Shown piece after piece: positions 34,157 through 48,479 of a stretch of 64,000 nt of DNA. Location of the stretch: positions 992,001-1,056,000 of the forward strand of contig JAUPSS010000006.1 in the NCBI GenBank assembly GCA_040285825.1, written 5' to 3'. Under the pieces are notes generated by a model. The model was given only the letters and a program-made list of their open reading frames with translations, made no database searches and was not told the origin of the DNA. The stretch is from Eukaryota sp. TZLM1-RC (Eukaryota > Protista > Metamonada: BaSk clade). The first letter of the stretch is position 1, and the number at the start of each line of letters is the position of its first letter. Both the position numbers and the translations under genes were made by a program.

Positions 34157-37100
34157 ATTGCCATTGGTGAAGCCATTTATCGCCTGATGTCTTCAGTAAT
34201 TTTTTTAATCGAGTTTCAACAAAAAGCTAAAGAATACTTTTTCTCCATTCCAATATGGAATCAAAACCATAGATGGAGCTTCAGTTGCAGCTTTGACATC
34301 TGATCTGTTTTTTTCAATTGTCACGAAAATAGTTGCATTTTTTTAATCTTGATTTCAAAAAAATGCTTTCAATTCAGTGAAAAGAGATTCAATTTGGAAA
34401 GAAATCAAATCAAATTTTTCCTGAACTCGAAACCTTTTTTTATAGGTTTTATGGTAATTCATCTGATTTAATTTTTTTAATTCTTTTTAATCTGGATTAT
34501 TTATCAGGAGTTAAACAAGGAGACCCTTTAGGTCCTTTCTTTTTTTGTCTTGCAATTCACCCAATTTTTGAAAAAAATTAAAAGAAGAAAATTCTGACCT
34601 TCAAGTGGTAGCTTACATGGATGACATTTCTTGTATTGGTCCAGAAAGTACAATTCATAGGGTTGCTAATGAAGCGGCTACATTATACCAATCCATAGGT
34701 CTTGATTTGAATGTTCAAAAAAATGTTTTTTTGTATTTCTAGAAAAAAATGTTAAGTTAATAATTAATTCCCTCGAAGTTCCATATATTGATTATACTTC
34801 AACTAGTTTCTGCTTTCTGGGTTGGTATTTAGGTTCCGCCGAAAAAGACACTTGACAGCCTTGAAAATTATTTAAATTCAATTAAAAAAAGAGCTAGAAG
34901 TCATAAAGACTCTTGAATTGGAAAAAAACATCTTAAATTTTTTTCTTTTGAAAATTTGTTATGCTGGAAAAAAATTACTCATTTACTGCGATCATTACCT
35001 CCATCCCTAACTTACAATTTTTTTGTAGACAATTTTACAAAAAAACGTACCCAATTTTTTTGGCTTATTTAATGTCTGTTGATCCATCAATTTTTGAAAA
35101 AAATCATATTTTTTTCTGATGTTCAACTTGGCGGTGTTGGATTCAATTCATCAAAAATATTTGACCAAAGCTGCATTTATTGGTGGTGGAAAATATTTTT
35201 GTATTTGAATTCTCTAGAAGATATTCTTTTGCCGAAAATCTTCTTGAAACTACAAATAGCTTATTCCTCCATAACTTAAGAGAAGAAATATCCAGTTTAT
35301 CTCCCGACTTATGGCAATCATGTTTCCCCATATCCATTCAAGAAATTCCAGACAGAAGTTTATATTCATTAAAAATTTGCGTTGAAAAAAAGCTCCAACG
35401 ACATCTTTTGAGAAAAATTTGAAAGCAAGGATTTTATTGTTCGACTTAGCACGGCTAAGAAAGAAAAATCCTGCTTTTGCAAATTTTTTTGATTGATTTG
35501 AAGGACAGTTCATCTGCAGTTTTGATAAATCAAATTCCCCAGATTTTTTTGGCCTATTTTTTTGAATGACGACCAATGGACCACTGCTATGAGAATGCGT
35601 TGTTATTTATGGCCTTGTAATTTGCCCAATGATTTGTTTTTGCAAATGTGGAGCTGGTTTGACATTATCACATTTATTTAATTGTAATAGATTTATTTCC
35701 TATCGTTCTACGTTGCATGATGCAGTCAGAGATCAAATCCATGCAATGTGTAATTCCTATCATATTGAATCTTTTTGTAGAACCTTTGTTGAGGTCTCTT
35801 GATATAAATGAAAGCGTAAGAGATTCAGAATATGGAAAAACGACGTGCTGATGTTGTTGTGCCCTCGTTTGATGATGTCATGAATGTTGTTGATGTCGTA
35901 ACAGTGGATGTTTGCAAGAAAAAAATGCCTTGAAAAAAATGCTCAATCTGAAGTATCCCCCTTGATGACTCCGAATTGTACAAACGGAAAAAAAGTATGC
36001 AAATCCTTTTAAAAGAATTGAAACATGTTCGCCATGTAGATTACCAAATTTGCCCATTTGCTATATCGTTGTATAGTCGTCTTGGAAAAAAACTGCTATG
36101 AATTTTTATTGATGATTTTTGAAAAATCTTGTGAAAAGAAGAATGAATAAGCGTTTTGATCATCACTTGTGGCTAAATCGTATTGTTTTTTTACTATTTT
36201 TCAAATCAATTCCTAAAATGATTTCGAAAGCTTTGATGTCTGTCAGTGCACATTACGAAGAAATTGCTGTTGTGAGGTTTGATGGTGTGGAAGCTTGTTT
36301 TGAAGATATTGACTTTTAGACTGTAGTTTAATAATAAATTAAAATTTTTCAAAAAAAAATTCAGTGAAAAGAGATTCAATTTGGAAAGAAATCAAATCAA
36401 ATTTTTCCTGAACTCGAAACCTTTTTTTATAGGTTTTTATGGTAATTCATCTGATTTAATTTTTTTAATTCTTTTTAATCTGGATTCTTTATCAGGAGTT
36501 AAACAAGGAGACCCTTTAGGTCCTTTCTTTTTTTGTCGTGCAATTCACCCAATTTTTGAAAAAAATTAAAAAGAAGAAAAATTCTGACCTTCAAGTGGTA
36601 GCTTACATGGATGACATTTCTTGTATTGGTCCAGAAAGTACAATTAATAGGGTTGCTAATGAAGCTGCTACATTATACCAATCCATAGGTCTTGATTTGA
36701 ATGTTCAAAAAAATGTTTTTTTGTAATTCTAGGAAAAAAATGTTAAGTTAATAATTAATTCCCTCGAAGTTCCATATATTGATTATACTTCAACTAGTTT
36801 CTGCTTTCTGGGTTGCTATTTAGGTTCCGCCGAAAAAGACACTTGACAGCCTTGAAAAATTATTTAAATTCAATTAAAAAGGAGCTAGAAGTCATAAAGA
36901 CTCTTGAATTGGAAAAAAACATCTTAAGTTTTTTTCTTTTTGAAAAATTTGTTATGCTGGAAAAAAATTACTCATTTACTGCGATCATTACCTCCATCCC
37001 TAACTTACAATTTTTTTGTAGACAATTTAACAAAAATACGTACCCAATTTTTTTTGGCTTATTTAATGTCTGTTGATCCATCAATTTTTGAAAAAAATCA

Positions 37101-40080
37101 TATTTTTTTCTGATGTTCAACTTGGCGGTGTTGGATTCAATTCATCAAAATATTTGACCAAAGCTGCATTTATTGGTGGTGGAAAATATTTTTGTATTTG
37201 AATTCTCTAGAAGATATTCTTTTGCCGAAAATCTTCTTGAAACTACAAATAGCTTATTCCTCCATAACTTAAGAGAAGAAATATCCAGTTTATCTCCCGA
37301 CTTATGGCAATCATGTTTCCCCATATCCATTCAAGAAATTCCAGACAGAAGTTTATATTCATTAAAATTTGCGTTGAAAAAAAGCTCCAACGACATCTTT
37401 TTGAGAAAATTTGAAAGCAAGGATTTTTATTGTTCGACATAGCACGGCTAAGAAAGAAAATCCTGCTTTTGCAAAATTTTTTTGATTGATTTGAAGGACA
37501 GTTCATCTGCAGTTTTGATAAATCAAATTCCCCAGATTTTTTTGGCCTATTTTTTTGAATGACGACCAATGGACCACTGCTATGAGAATGCGTTGTTATT
37601 TATGGCCTTGTAATTTGCCCAATGATTTGTTTTTGCAAATGTGGAGCTGGTTTGACATTATCACATTTATTTAATTGTAATAGATTTATTTCCTATCGTT
37701 CTACGTTGCATGATGCAGTCAGAGATCAAATCCATGCAATGTGTAATTCCTATCATATTGAATCTTTTGTAGAACCTTTGTTGAGGTCTCTTGTTATAAA
37801 TGAAAGCGTAAGAGATTCAGAATATGGAAAAACGACGTGCTGATGTTGTTGTGCCCTCGTTTGATGATGTCATGAATGTTGTTGATGTCGTAACAGTGGA
37901 TGTTTGCAAGAAAAAAATGCCTTGAAAAAAATGCTCAATCTGAAGTATCCCCCTTGATGACTCCGAATTGTACAAACGGAAAAAAAGTATGCAAATCCTT
38001 TAAAAGAATTGAAACATGTTCGCCATGTAGATTACCAAATTTGCCCATTTGCTATATCGTTGTATAGTCGTCTTGGAAAAAAACTGCTATGAATTTTTAT
38101 TGATGATTTTTGAAAATCTTGTGAAAAAGAAGAATGAATAAGCGTTTTGATCATCACTTGTGGCTAAATCGTATTGTTTTTTTACTATTTTTCAAATCAA
38201 TTCCTAAAATGATTTCGAAAGCTTTGATGTCTGTCAGTGCACATTACGAAGAAATTGCTGTTGTGAGGTTTGATGGTGTGGAAGCTTGTTTTTGAAGATA
38301 TTGACTTTTTAGACTGTAGTTTAATAATAAATTAAAAATTTTTTTCATTAACAAAAATACAATGAACCTTTGTCCAAATTGGCCAGTCTACAGCATGCAA
38401 AAATACAATTTGTATCCATTTGTACTTTCCCTTTTTTTGGTTCACTTGCACCAACTGCTTTTAGGTTTTTTTGGATGATTTTGAAATGATTGTAAAAAGG
38501 TGTTGGATTCAATTCATCAAAATATTTGACCAAAGCTGCATTTATTGGTGGTGGAAAAACATTTTTGTATTTGAATTCTCTAGAAGATATCCTTTTGCCG
38601 AAAATCTTCTTGAAACTACAAATAGCTTATTCCTCGATAACTTAAGAGAAGAAATATCCAGTTTATCTCCCGACTTATGGCAATCATGTTTCCCCATATC
38701 CATTCAAGAAATTCCAGACAGAAATTTGTATTCATTAAAATTTGCGTTGAAAAAAAGCTCCAACGACATCTTTTTGAGAAAATTTGAAAGCAAGGATTTT
38801 TATTGTTCGACTTAGCACGGCTAAGAAAGAAAAATCCTGCTTTTGCAAATTTTTTTTGATTGATTTGAAGGACAGTTCATCTGCAGTTTTGATAAATCAA
38901 ATTCCCCAGATTTTTTTGGCCTATTTTTTTGAATGACGACCAATGGACCACTGCTATGAGAATGCGTTGTTATTTATGGCCTTGTAATTTGCCCAATGAT
39001 TTGTTTTTGCAAATGTGGAGCTGGTTTGACATTATCACATTTATTTAATTGTAATAGATTTATTTCCTATCGTTCTACGTTGCATGATGCAGTCAGAGAT
39101 CAAATCCATGCAATGTGTAATTCCTATCATATTGAATCTTTTGTAGAACCTTTGTTGAGGTCTCTTGATATAAATGAAAGCGTAAGAGATTCAGAATATG
39201 GAAAAACGACGTGCTGATGTTGTTGTGCCCTCGTTTGATGATGTCATGAATGTTGTTGATGTCGTAACAGTGGATGTTTGCAAGAAAAAAATGCCTTGAA
39301 AAAAATGCTCAATCTGAAGTATCCCCTTGATGACTCCGAATTGTACAAACGGAAAAAAAGTATGCAAATCCTTTAAAAAGAATTGAAACATGTTCGCCAT
39401 GTAGATTACCAAATTTGCCCATTTGCTATATCGTTGTATGGTCGTCTTGGAAAAAAACTGCTATGAATTTTTATTGATGATTTTTGAAAAATCTTGTGAA
39501 AAAGAAGAATGAATAAGCGTTTTTGATCGTCGCTTGTGGCTAAATCGTATTGTTTTTTTACTATTTTTCAAATCAATTCCTAAAATGATTTCGAAAGCTT
39601 TGATGTCTGTCAGTGCACATTACGAAGAAATTGCTGTTGTGAGGTTTGATGGTGTGGAAGCTTGTTTTTGAAGATATTGACTTTTTAGACTGTAGTTTAA
39701 TAATAAATTAAAATTTTTCATTAACAAAATACAATGAACCTTTGTCCAAATTGGCCAGTCTACAGCATGCAAAATACAATTTGTATCCATTTGTACTTTC
39801 CCTTTTTGGTTCACTTGCACCAACTGCTTTAGGTTTTTGGATGATTTTGAAATGATTGTAAAAAGGTGTTGGATTCAATTCATCAAAATATTTGACCAAA
39901 GCTGCATTTATTGGTGGTGGAAAAAATTTTGTATTTGAATTCTCTAGAAGATATCCTTTTGCCGAAAATCTTCTTGAAACTACAAATAGCTTATTCCTCC
40001 ATAACTTAAGAGAAGAAATATCCAGTTTATCTCCCGACTTATGGCAATCATGTTTCCCCATATCCATTCAAGAAATTCCA
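34157..40080 (+). mobile_element. Head-to-tail 5'-truncated family B CRE-like elements (3' ends ~36359, ~38346, ~39720)
   Basis: IAIGEA, LDFKNAFNSV, GVKQGDPLGP, AYMDD, GGVG, CKC-x7-H-x3-C, HDAVRD..EP..RRADV..DV; stop followed by a short UTR and A-rich tail. Confidence 0.9.
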
Positions 40081-40209
40081 GCTCCACATTTACAAAACAA
40101 ATCATTGGGCAAATTACAAGGCCATAAATAACAACGCATTCTCATTGCAGTGGTCCATTGGTCGTCATTCAAAAATAGACCATAAATCTGGGGAATTTGA
40201 TTTATCAAA

Positions 40210-40950
40210 TTCCATTTTTTTGCACCATTTTTTGGAAGTCATCCAAAAAAGTTTAGTTTAATAATAAATTAAAATTTTTCAAAAAAAAAGTTTCTGCTTC
40301 AACTGATAATCTTCCATTTATCGAAAATGGGAAAGCAATAAAAACCAGCTGTGTATTTCTATCGACATTTGCATCTTCAATTTCTTTATCATATTTTCTA
40401 TGTTTTTCTTTTGCTTTAAAATCCAGAGCAGCCACAGGATTAAGTTTTCTTCTGTGAACCAAAGTATCGTTTGCAACATTACATGAGACAAAGTCAACAA
40501 TAGCTTCAGAATTATCAATCCAATCACAGTATACATCACCTCTATCATCAGAACCAAAATTATTCAGAGAAAGTGTTTCCTTCAGCAGGGACTCTTTGAT
40601 ACACGATATCCTTGCAGTTTGTGCCATATTGAAAACAGTGTCTCTAACAGCATCATGTAATGAAGAACGATAAGTTATCAATTTAGAGCAATTTAGAGCA
40701 TGGCGCAAAGTGAGTTGAGGTGAATTCGAACAAATACATTTTTCTTTTGATAATAATTGGTTAATGGGGATGTTCAAATATAATCTCATTTTTTTGTTAC
40801 AAATGCTTCATTAGTGGCACACAATCCAAATCTTCGTGGTACAATGGTTACAAAAAGTGAAGAATCTGACGCCTTGTTTTTCACAAACACCCTTTTTCCA
40901 ATAACAATGAGTGAAGATCTTGATTTAAAAACAGCCGAGCTGCAAATATA
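40210..40950 (-). mobile_element. Family D non-LTR fragment (zinc finger + restriction-like endonuclease)
   Basis: ORF 40253-40789: CICSNSPQLTLRHALNC, LHDAVRD, RGDVYCD, KEKHRKY, FPFSINGRL. Confidence 0.85.
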
Positions 40951-41176
40951 GACTGTAGTTTAATAATAAATTAAAAATTTTTTTCATTAAAAAAATACAA
41001 TGAACCTTTGTCCAAATTGGCCAGTCTACAGCATGCAAAATACAATTTGTATCCATTTGTACTTTCCCTTTTTTTGGTTCACTTGCACCAACTGCTTTTA
41101 CGTTTTTTTGGATGATTTTTGAAATGATTGTAAAAAGGTGTTGGATTCAATTCATCAAAAATATTTGACCAAAGCT

Positions 41177-44100
41177 TTTTTTAATTTTTTTAACATACTT
41201 TTTAATTTATTTTTCAAAACCACAGTCTAAAAAGTCAATATCTTCAAAACAAGCTTCCACACCATCAAACCTTACAGCAGCAATGTTTTTCATAATGTGC
41301 ACTGACAGACATTAAAGCTTTCGAAATCATTTTTAGGAATTGATTTGAAAATAGTAAAAAAACAATACGATTTAGCCACAAGCGACGATCAAAACGCTTA
41401 TTCATTCTTTTTTTCACAAGATTTTTCAAAATCATCAATAAAATTCAAAGCAGTTTTTTTCCAAGACGACCATACAACGATATAGCAAATGGGCAAATTT
41501 GGTAATCTACATGGCGAACATGTTTCAATTCTTTTTAAAGGATTTGCATACTTTTTTTCCGTTTGTACAATTCGGAGTCATCAAGGGGGATACTTCGGAT
41601 TGAGCATTTTTTTCAAGGCATTTTTTTCTTGCAAACATCCACTGTTACGACATCAACAACATTCATGACATCATCAAACGAGGGCACAACAACATCAGCA
41701 CGTCGTTTTTCCATATTCTGAATCTCTTACGCTTTCATTTATATCAAGAGACCTCAACAAAGGTTCTACAAAAAGATTCAATATGATAGGAATTACACAT
41801 TGCATGGATTTGATCTCTGACTGCATCATGCAACGTAGAACGATAGGAAATATATCTATTACAATTAAATAAATGTGATAATGTCAAACCAGCTCCACAT
41901 TTACAAAACAAATCATTGGGCAAATTACAAGGCCATAAATAACAACGCATTCTCATAGCAGTGGTCCATTGGTCGTCATTCAAAAAAATAGACCATAAAT
42001 CTGGGAGAATTTGATTTATCAAAACTGCAGATGAACTGTCCTTCAAATCAATCAAAAAAATTGGCAAAAGCAGGATTTTTCTTTCTTAGCCGTGCTAAGT
42101 CGAACAATAAAATCCTTGCTTTCAAATTTTCTCAAAAGATGTCGTTGGAGCTTTTTTTCAACGCAAATTTTTAATGAATATAAACTTCTGTCTGGAATTT
42201 CTTGAATGGATATGGGGAAACATGATTGCCATAAGTCGGGAGATAAACTGGATATTTCTTCTCTTAAGTTATCCAGGAATATGCTATTTGTATTTTTCAA
42301 GAAGATTTTTCGGCAAAAGGATATCTTCTAGAGAATTCAAATACAAAAATTTTTTTCCACCACCAATAAATGCAGCTTTGGTCAAATATTTTTGATGAAT
42401 TGAATCCAACACCGCCAAGTTGAACATCAGAAAAAAAATATGATTTTTTTCAAAAATTGATGGATCAACAGACATTAAATAAGCCAAAAAAATTGGGTAC
42501 GTATTTTTGTTAAATTGTCTACAAAAAAATTGTAAGTTAGGGATGGAGGTAATGATCGCAGTAAATGAGTAATTTTTTTCCAGCATAACAAATTTTCAAA
42601 AGAAAAAAATTTAAGATGTTTTTTTCCAATTCAAGAGTCTTTATGACTTCTAGCTCTTTTTTTAATTGAATTTAAATAATTTTTCAAGGCTGTCAAGTGT
42701 CTTTTTCGGCGGAACCTAAATACCAACCCAGAAAGCAGAAACTAGTTGAAGTATAATCAATATATGGAACTTCGAGGGAATTAATTATTAACTTAACATT
42801 TTTTTCCTAGAAATACAAAAAAACATTTTTTTGAACATTCAAATCAAGACCTATGGATTGGTATAATGTAGCAGCTTCATTAGCAACCCTATTAATTGTA
42901 CTTTCTGGACCAATACAAGAAATGTCATCCATGTAAGCTACCACTTGAAGGTCAGAATTTTTCTTCTTTTAATTTTTTTCAAAATTGGGTGAATTGCACG
43001 ACAAAAAAAGAAAAGGACCTAAAGGGTCTCCTTGTTTAACTCCTGATAAAGAATCCAGATTAAAAAGAATTAAAAAAATTAAATCAGATGAATTACCATA
43101 AAACCTATAAAAAAAGGTTTCGAGTTCAGGAAAAATTTGATTTGATTTCTTTCCAAATTGAATCTCTTTTCACTGAATTTTTTTTTGAAAAATTTTAATT
43201 TATTATTAAACTACAGTCTAAAAAGTCAATATCTTCAAAAACAAGCTTCCACACCATCAAACCTCACAACAGCAATTTCTTCGTAATGTGCACTGACAGA
43301 CATCAAAGCTTTCGAAATCATTTTTAGGAATTGATTTGAAAATAGTAAAAAAACAATACGATTTAGCCACAAGCGACGATCAAAAACGCTTATTCATTCT
43401 TCTTTTTCACAAGATTTTTCAAAATCATCAATAAAATTCATAGCAGTTTTTTTCCAAGACGACCATACAACGATATAGCAAATGGGCAAATTTGGTAATC
43501 TACATGGCGAACATGTTTCAATTCTTTTTAAAGGATTTGCATACTTTTTTTCCGTTTGTACAATTCGGAGTCATCAAGGGGGATACTTCGGATTGAGCAT
43601 TTTTTTCAAGGCATTTTTTTCTTGCAAACATCCACTGTTACGACATCAACAACATTCATGACATCATCAAACGAGGGCACAACAACATCAGCACGTCGTT
43701 TTTCCATATTCTGAATCTCTTACGCTTTCATTTTATATCAAGAGACCTCAACAAAGGTTCTACAAAAGATTCAATATGATAGGAATTACACATTGCATGG
43801 ATTTGATCTCTGACTGCATCATGCAACGTAGAACGATAGGAAATAAATCTATTACAATTAAATAAATGTGATAATGTCAAACCAGCTCCACATTTGCAAA
43901 AACAAATCATTGGGCAAATTACAAGGCCATAAATAACAACGCATTCTCATAGCAGTGGTCCATTGGTCGTCATTCAAAAAAATAGACCATAAATCTGGGG
44001 AATTTGATTTATCAAAACTGCAGATGAACTGTCCTTCAAATCAATCAAAAAAATTTGCAAAAACAGGATTTTTCTTTCTTAGCCGTGCTAAGTCGAACAA

Positions 44101-45426
44101 TAAAATCCTTGCTTTCAAATTTTTTTCAAAAGATGTCGTTGGAGCTTTTTTTCAACGCAAATTTTTAGAGAATACAAACTTCTGTCTGGAATGTCTTGAA
44201 TAGATATGGGGAAACATGATTGCCATAAGTCTGGAGATAAACTGGAAATTTCTTCTCTTAAGTTATCGAGGAATAGGCTATTTGTAGTTTCAAGAAGATT
44301 TTTCGGCAAAAGGATATCTTCTGGAGAATTCAAATACAAAAAAATTTTTTTCCACCACCAATAAATGCAGCTTTGGTCAAATATTTTTGATGAATTGAAT
44401 CCAACACCGCCAAGTTGAACATCAGAAAAAAAATATGATTTTTTTCAAAATTGATGGATCAACAGACATTAAATAAGCCAAAAAAATTGGGTACGTATTT
44501 TTGTTAAATTGTCTACAATTTACTGAACAAGTTCACTGAATTGAAAGCATTTTTTTGAAATCAAGATTAAAAATGCAACTATTTTTCGTGACAATTGAAA
44601 AAAACAGATCAGATGTCAAAGCTGCAACTGAAGCTCCATCTATGGTTTTTGATTCCATATTGGAATGGAGAAAAAGTATTCTTTAGCTTTTGTTGAAACT
44701 CGATTAAAAAAATTACTGAAGACATCAGGCGATAAATGGCTTCACCAATGGCAATTGGGCGAACTTTTTCCATTAGGTTTAGTTAAAGCCACTAACCGTG
44801 ATGCACTTAATTCTTTTTGGTGGAACAATTTTTCATTGTCAAAACATCTTGAAAAAAAGGAACATAAATCTTTAATAATAAAAGGCATTTTTGGCGGCAC
44901 ACAGATTTCAGCATATCAAAAAGTAATTCCAGATGGACCTGGAGCTTTTTCCAGATGGAAGACGGAAAATGGCAGTTTCAACTTCTTTTTTTCAGAAAGT
45001 GGATTTTTGTTTCCAAAATTGTGAAGCAGATGGTTTATCCAAATGAAGAAATTCAGCTGGATGCAGATCCACTAATTGATTTACAGTTTCATCAGTCACA
45101 GGAGCAAGATCAGATGAGAACAGAGCGTTTTTTTCCCTGAACCATATCTCCCACGTAGCAAAAATTTTCGTACAGTCTTATTCTTGGGTTGTTTCTTTGG
45201 AGTGAAAGCCTTTTGGGGACGAGAACCTGATTTTTGTTCAAGGAAGAATTTCCAAATAGAAAATATATCCCATTCTCCTTTTTTCAAAGCAAGACTGAAT
45301 GTTCTAAACGCAACAGAAAAGGGAATGGAAGCCTTGGGACTGAGAACATTCGGAATCTTACATGGAGGCCGTAATGTATCAAGCGAGGAGCAAACATGGC
45401 ATACATATAAATTATTTTTTAAAAGC
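41177..45426 (-). mobile_element. Longest family B copy, reaching an N-terminal CxxC region, with a nested B copy (43180-44531)
   Basis: Outer TSD TTGACCAAAGCT (41165-41176, 45427-45438); inner TSD TTCACTGAATT (43169-43179, 44532-44542); YVCHVC, LHP and KAPGPSG upstream of the RT. Confidence 0.85.
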
Positions 45427-45447
45427 TTGACCAAAGCTGCATTTATT

Positions 45448-47941
45448 TTTTTTAAGCGAAACCTTTTTATTCTAAACCTATAAATCAACATCTAAAAAAT
45501 CCATCTCTCCCAAAACAAAAACACTAGATGCAACTCTCTCATAGTGAGATCCAAGAGAAAGCAAAGCATCAGAAACCATCTTCAACATCCCTTTAAAAAA
45601 ATAGAAAAACACAATTCTATTTTTGCCAAAAACAATCTGTTGAAATTTCTGCCAGTTCTTCTCTTTACAATCATTTCAAAAATCATCCAAAAAAACGTAA
45701 AAGCAGTTGGTGCAAGTGAACCAAAAAGGGAAAATACAAATGGGTACAAATTGTATTTTTGCATGCTGTAGACTGGCCAATTTGGACAAAGGTTCATTGT
45801 ATTTTTTTGAATTTAAAAATTTTTCAGCATTTGAAAGGGGATTATGAATTTCAGAATTAACAAGCCTTTTTATTTGAGGCATTACAAGGATCAACAGACA
45901 TTACATCCAATAAAATGAAGCTTCCATCTAATCCAGGTAATATGACATCACCTCTATTATTCTTATGAAAATCATTTTTCAGCATCAAACAGATTTGACA
46001 ACAGAGGTTCCAAGAAGGATTCAATTCTATGAGATTTACACATACAATATAACTGGTCTCTTACAGCATCATGAACCTTGCTTCTAAAAGTAATAAAATG
46101 TTTACAATTTAACAAATGAGTAGTTGTAATTTCTCGAGAACATTTACAAATTAAATTATGAGGTAAATTATCAGGCCAGATAAAGGAACGAAATCTCATA
46201 TTCAGAGTCCAAGCAGAATCGGATAAGAGAGTACCATAAACTTGTGGAATTGTTGTTACTAAGGCAGAAGAAGTACTGTCACACATATCTTGTAAAAGAT
46301 TTGCAAAAGCGGGATTCTTTTTCTTGGCCAAAGCCAAGTCTAACATCAAAAATCCAAGCTTTCAAAAATCTTTCAAAAAGCTGCATTTATTGGTGGTTTT
46401 TTTTTATTTTTTTTAAGCGAAACCTTTTTATTCTAAACCTATAAATCAACATCTAAAAAATCCATCTCTCCCAAAACAAAAACACTAGATGCAACTCTCT
46501 CATAGTGAGATCCAAGAGAAAGCAAAGCATCAGAAACCATCTTCAACATCCCTTTAAAAAAATAGAAAACACAATTCTATTTTTGCCAAAAACAATCTGT
46601 TGAAATTTCTGCCAGTTCTTCTCTTTACAATCATTTCAAAATCATCCAAAAAAACGTAAAAGCAGTTGGTGCAAGTGAACCAAAAAGGGAAAAATACAAA
46701 TGGGTACAAATTGTATTTTTGCATGCTGTAGACTGGCCAATTTGGACAAAGGTTCATTGTATTTTTTTGAATTTAAAATTTTTCAGCATTTGAAAGGGGA
46801 TTATGAATTTCAGAATTAACAAGCCTTTCATTTGAGGCATTACAAGGATCAACAGACATTACATCCAATAAAATGAAGCTTCCATCTAATCCAGGTAATA
46901 TGACATCACCTCTATTATTCTTATGAAAATCATTTTTCAGCATCAAACAGATTTGACAACAGAGGTTCCAAGAAGGATTCAATTCTATGAGATTTACACA
47001 TACAATATAACTGGTCTCTTACAGCATCATGAACCTTGCTTCTAAAAGTAATAAAATGTTTACAATTTAACAAATGAGTAGTTGTAATTTCTCGAGAACA
47101 TTTACAAATTAAATTATGAGGTAAATTATCAGGCCAGATAAAGGAACGAAATCTCATATTCAGAGTCCAAGCAGAATCGGATAAGAGAGTACCATAAACT
47201 TGTGGAATTGTTGTTACTAAGGCAGAAGAAGTACTGTCACACATATCTTGTAAAAGATTTGCAAAAGCGGGATTCTTTTTCTTGGCCAAGCCAAGTCTAA
47301 CATCAAAATCCAAGCTTTCAAAATCTTTCAAAAAGCTGCATTTATTGGTGGTTTTTTTTTTATTTTTTTTAAGCGAAACCTTTTTATTCTAAACCTATAA
47401 ATCAACATCTAAAAAATCCATCTCTCCCAAAACAAAAACACTAGATGCAACTCTCTCATAGTGAGATCCAAGAGAAAGCAAAGCATCAGAAACCATCTTC
47501 AACATCCCTTTAAAAATAGAAAACACAATTCTATTTTGCCAAAACAATCTGTTGAAATTTCTGCCAGTTCTTCTCTTTACAATCATTTCAAAATCATCCA
47601 AAAAAACGTAAAAGCAGTTGGTGCAAGTGAACCAAAAAGGGAAAAATACAAATGGGTACAAATTGTATTTTTGCATGCTATAGACTGGCCAATTTGGACA
47701 AAGGTTCATTGTATTTTTTTGAATTTAAAATTTTTCAGCATTTGAAAGGGGATTATGAATTTCAGAATTAACAAGCCTTTCATTTGAGGCATTACAAGGA
47801 TCAACAGACATTACATCCAATAAAAATGAAGCTTCCATCTAATCCAGGTAATATGACATCACCTCTATTATTCTTATGAAAATCATTTTCAGCATCAAAC
47901 AGATTTGACAACAGAGGTTCCAAGAAGGATTCAATTCTATG
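45448..47941 (-). mobile_element. Three tandem 5'-truncated family A copies separated by family B target sequence
   Basis: ~957-bp period; spacer AAAGCTGCATTTATTGGTGG; shared variant tail AATAAAAAGGTTTCGCTT(A)n. Confidence 0.9.
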
Positions 47942-48479
47942 ATTTATTGGTGGTGGAAAAAATTTTGTATTTGAATTCTCTAGAAGATATCCTTTTGCCG
48001 AAAATCTCCTTGAAACTACAAATAGCTTATTCCTCGATAACATAAGAGAAGAAATATCCAGTTTATCTCCCGACTTATGGCAATCATGTTTCCCCATATC
48101 CATTCAAGAAATTCCAGACAGAAGTTTGTATTCATTAAAATTTGCGTTGAAAAAGCTCCAACGACATCTTTTGAGAAAATTTGAAAGCAAGGATTTTATT
48201 GTTCGACTTAGCACGGCTAAGAAAGAAAATCCTGCTTTTGCAAATTTTTTGATTGATTTGAAGGACAGTTCATCTGCAGTTTTGATAAATCAAATTCCCC
48301 AGATTTTTTTGGCCTATTTTTTTGAATGACGACCAATGGACCACTGCTATGAGAATGCGTTGTTATTTATGGCCTTGTAATTTGCCCAATGATTTGTTTT
48401 GCAAATGTGGAGCTGGTTTGACATTATCACATTTATTGAATTGTAATAGATTTATTTCCTATCGTTCTACGTTGCATGA

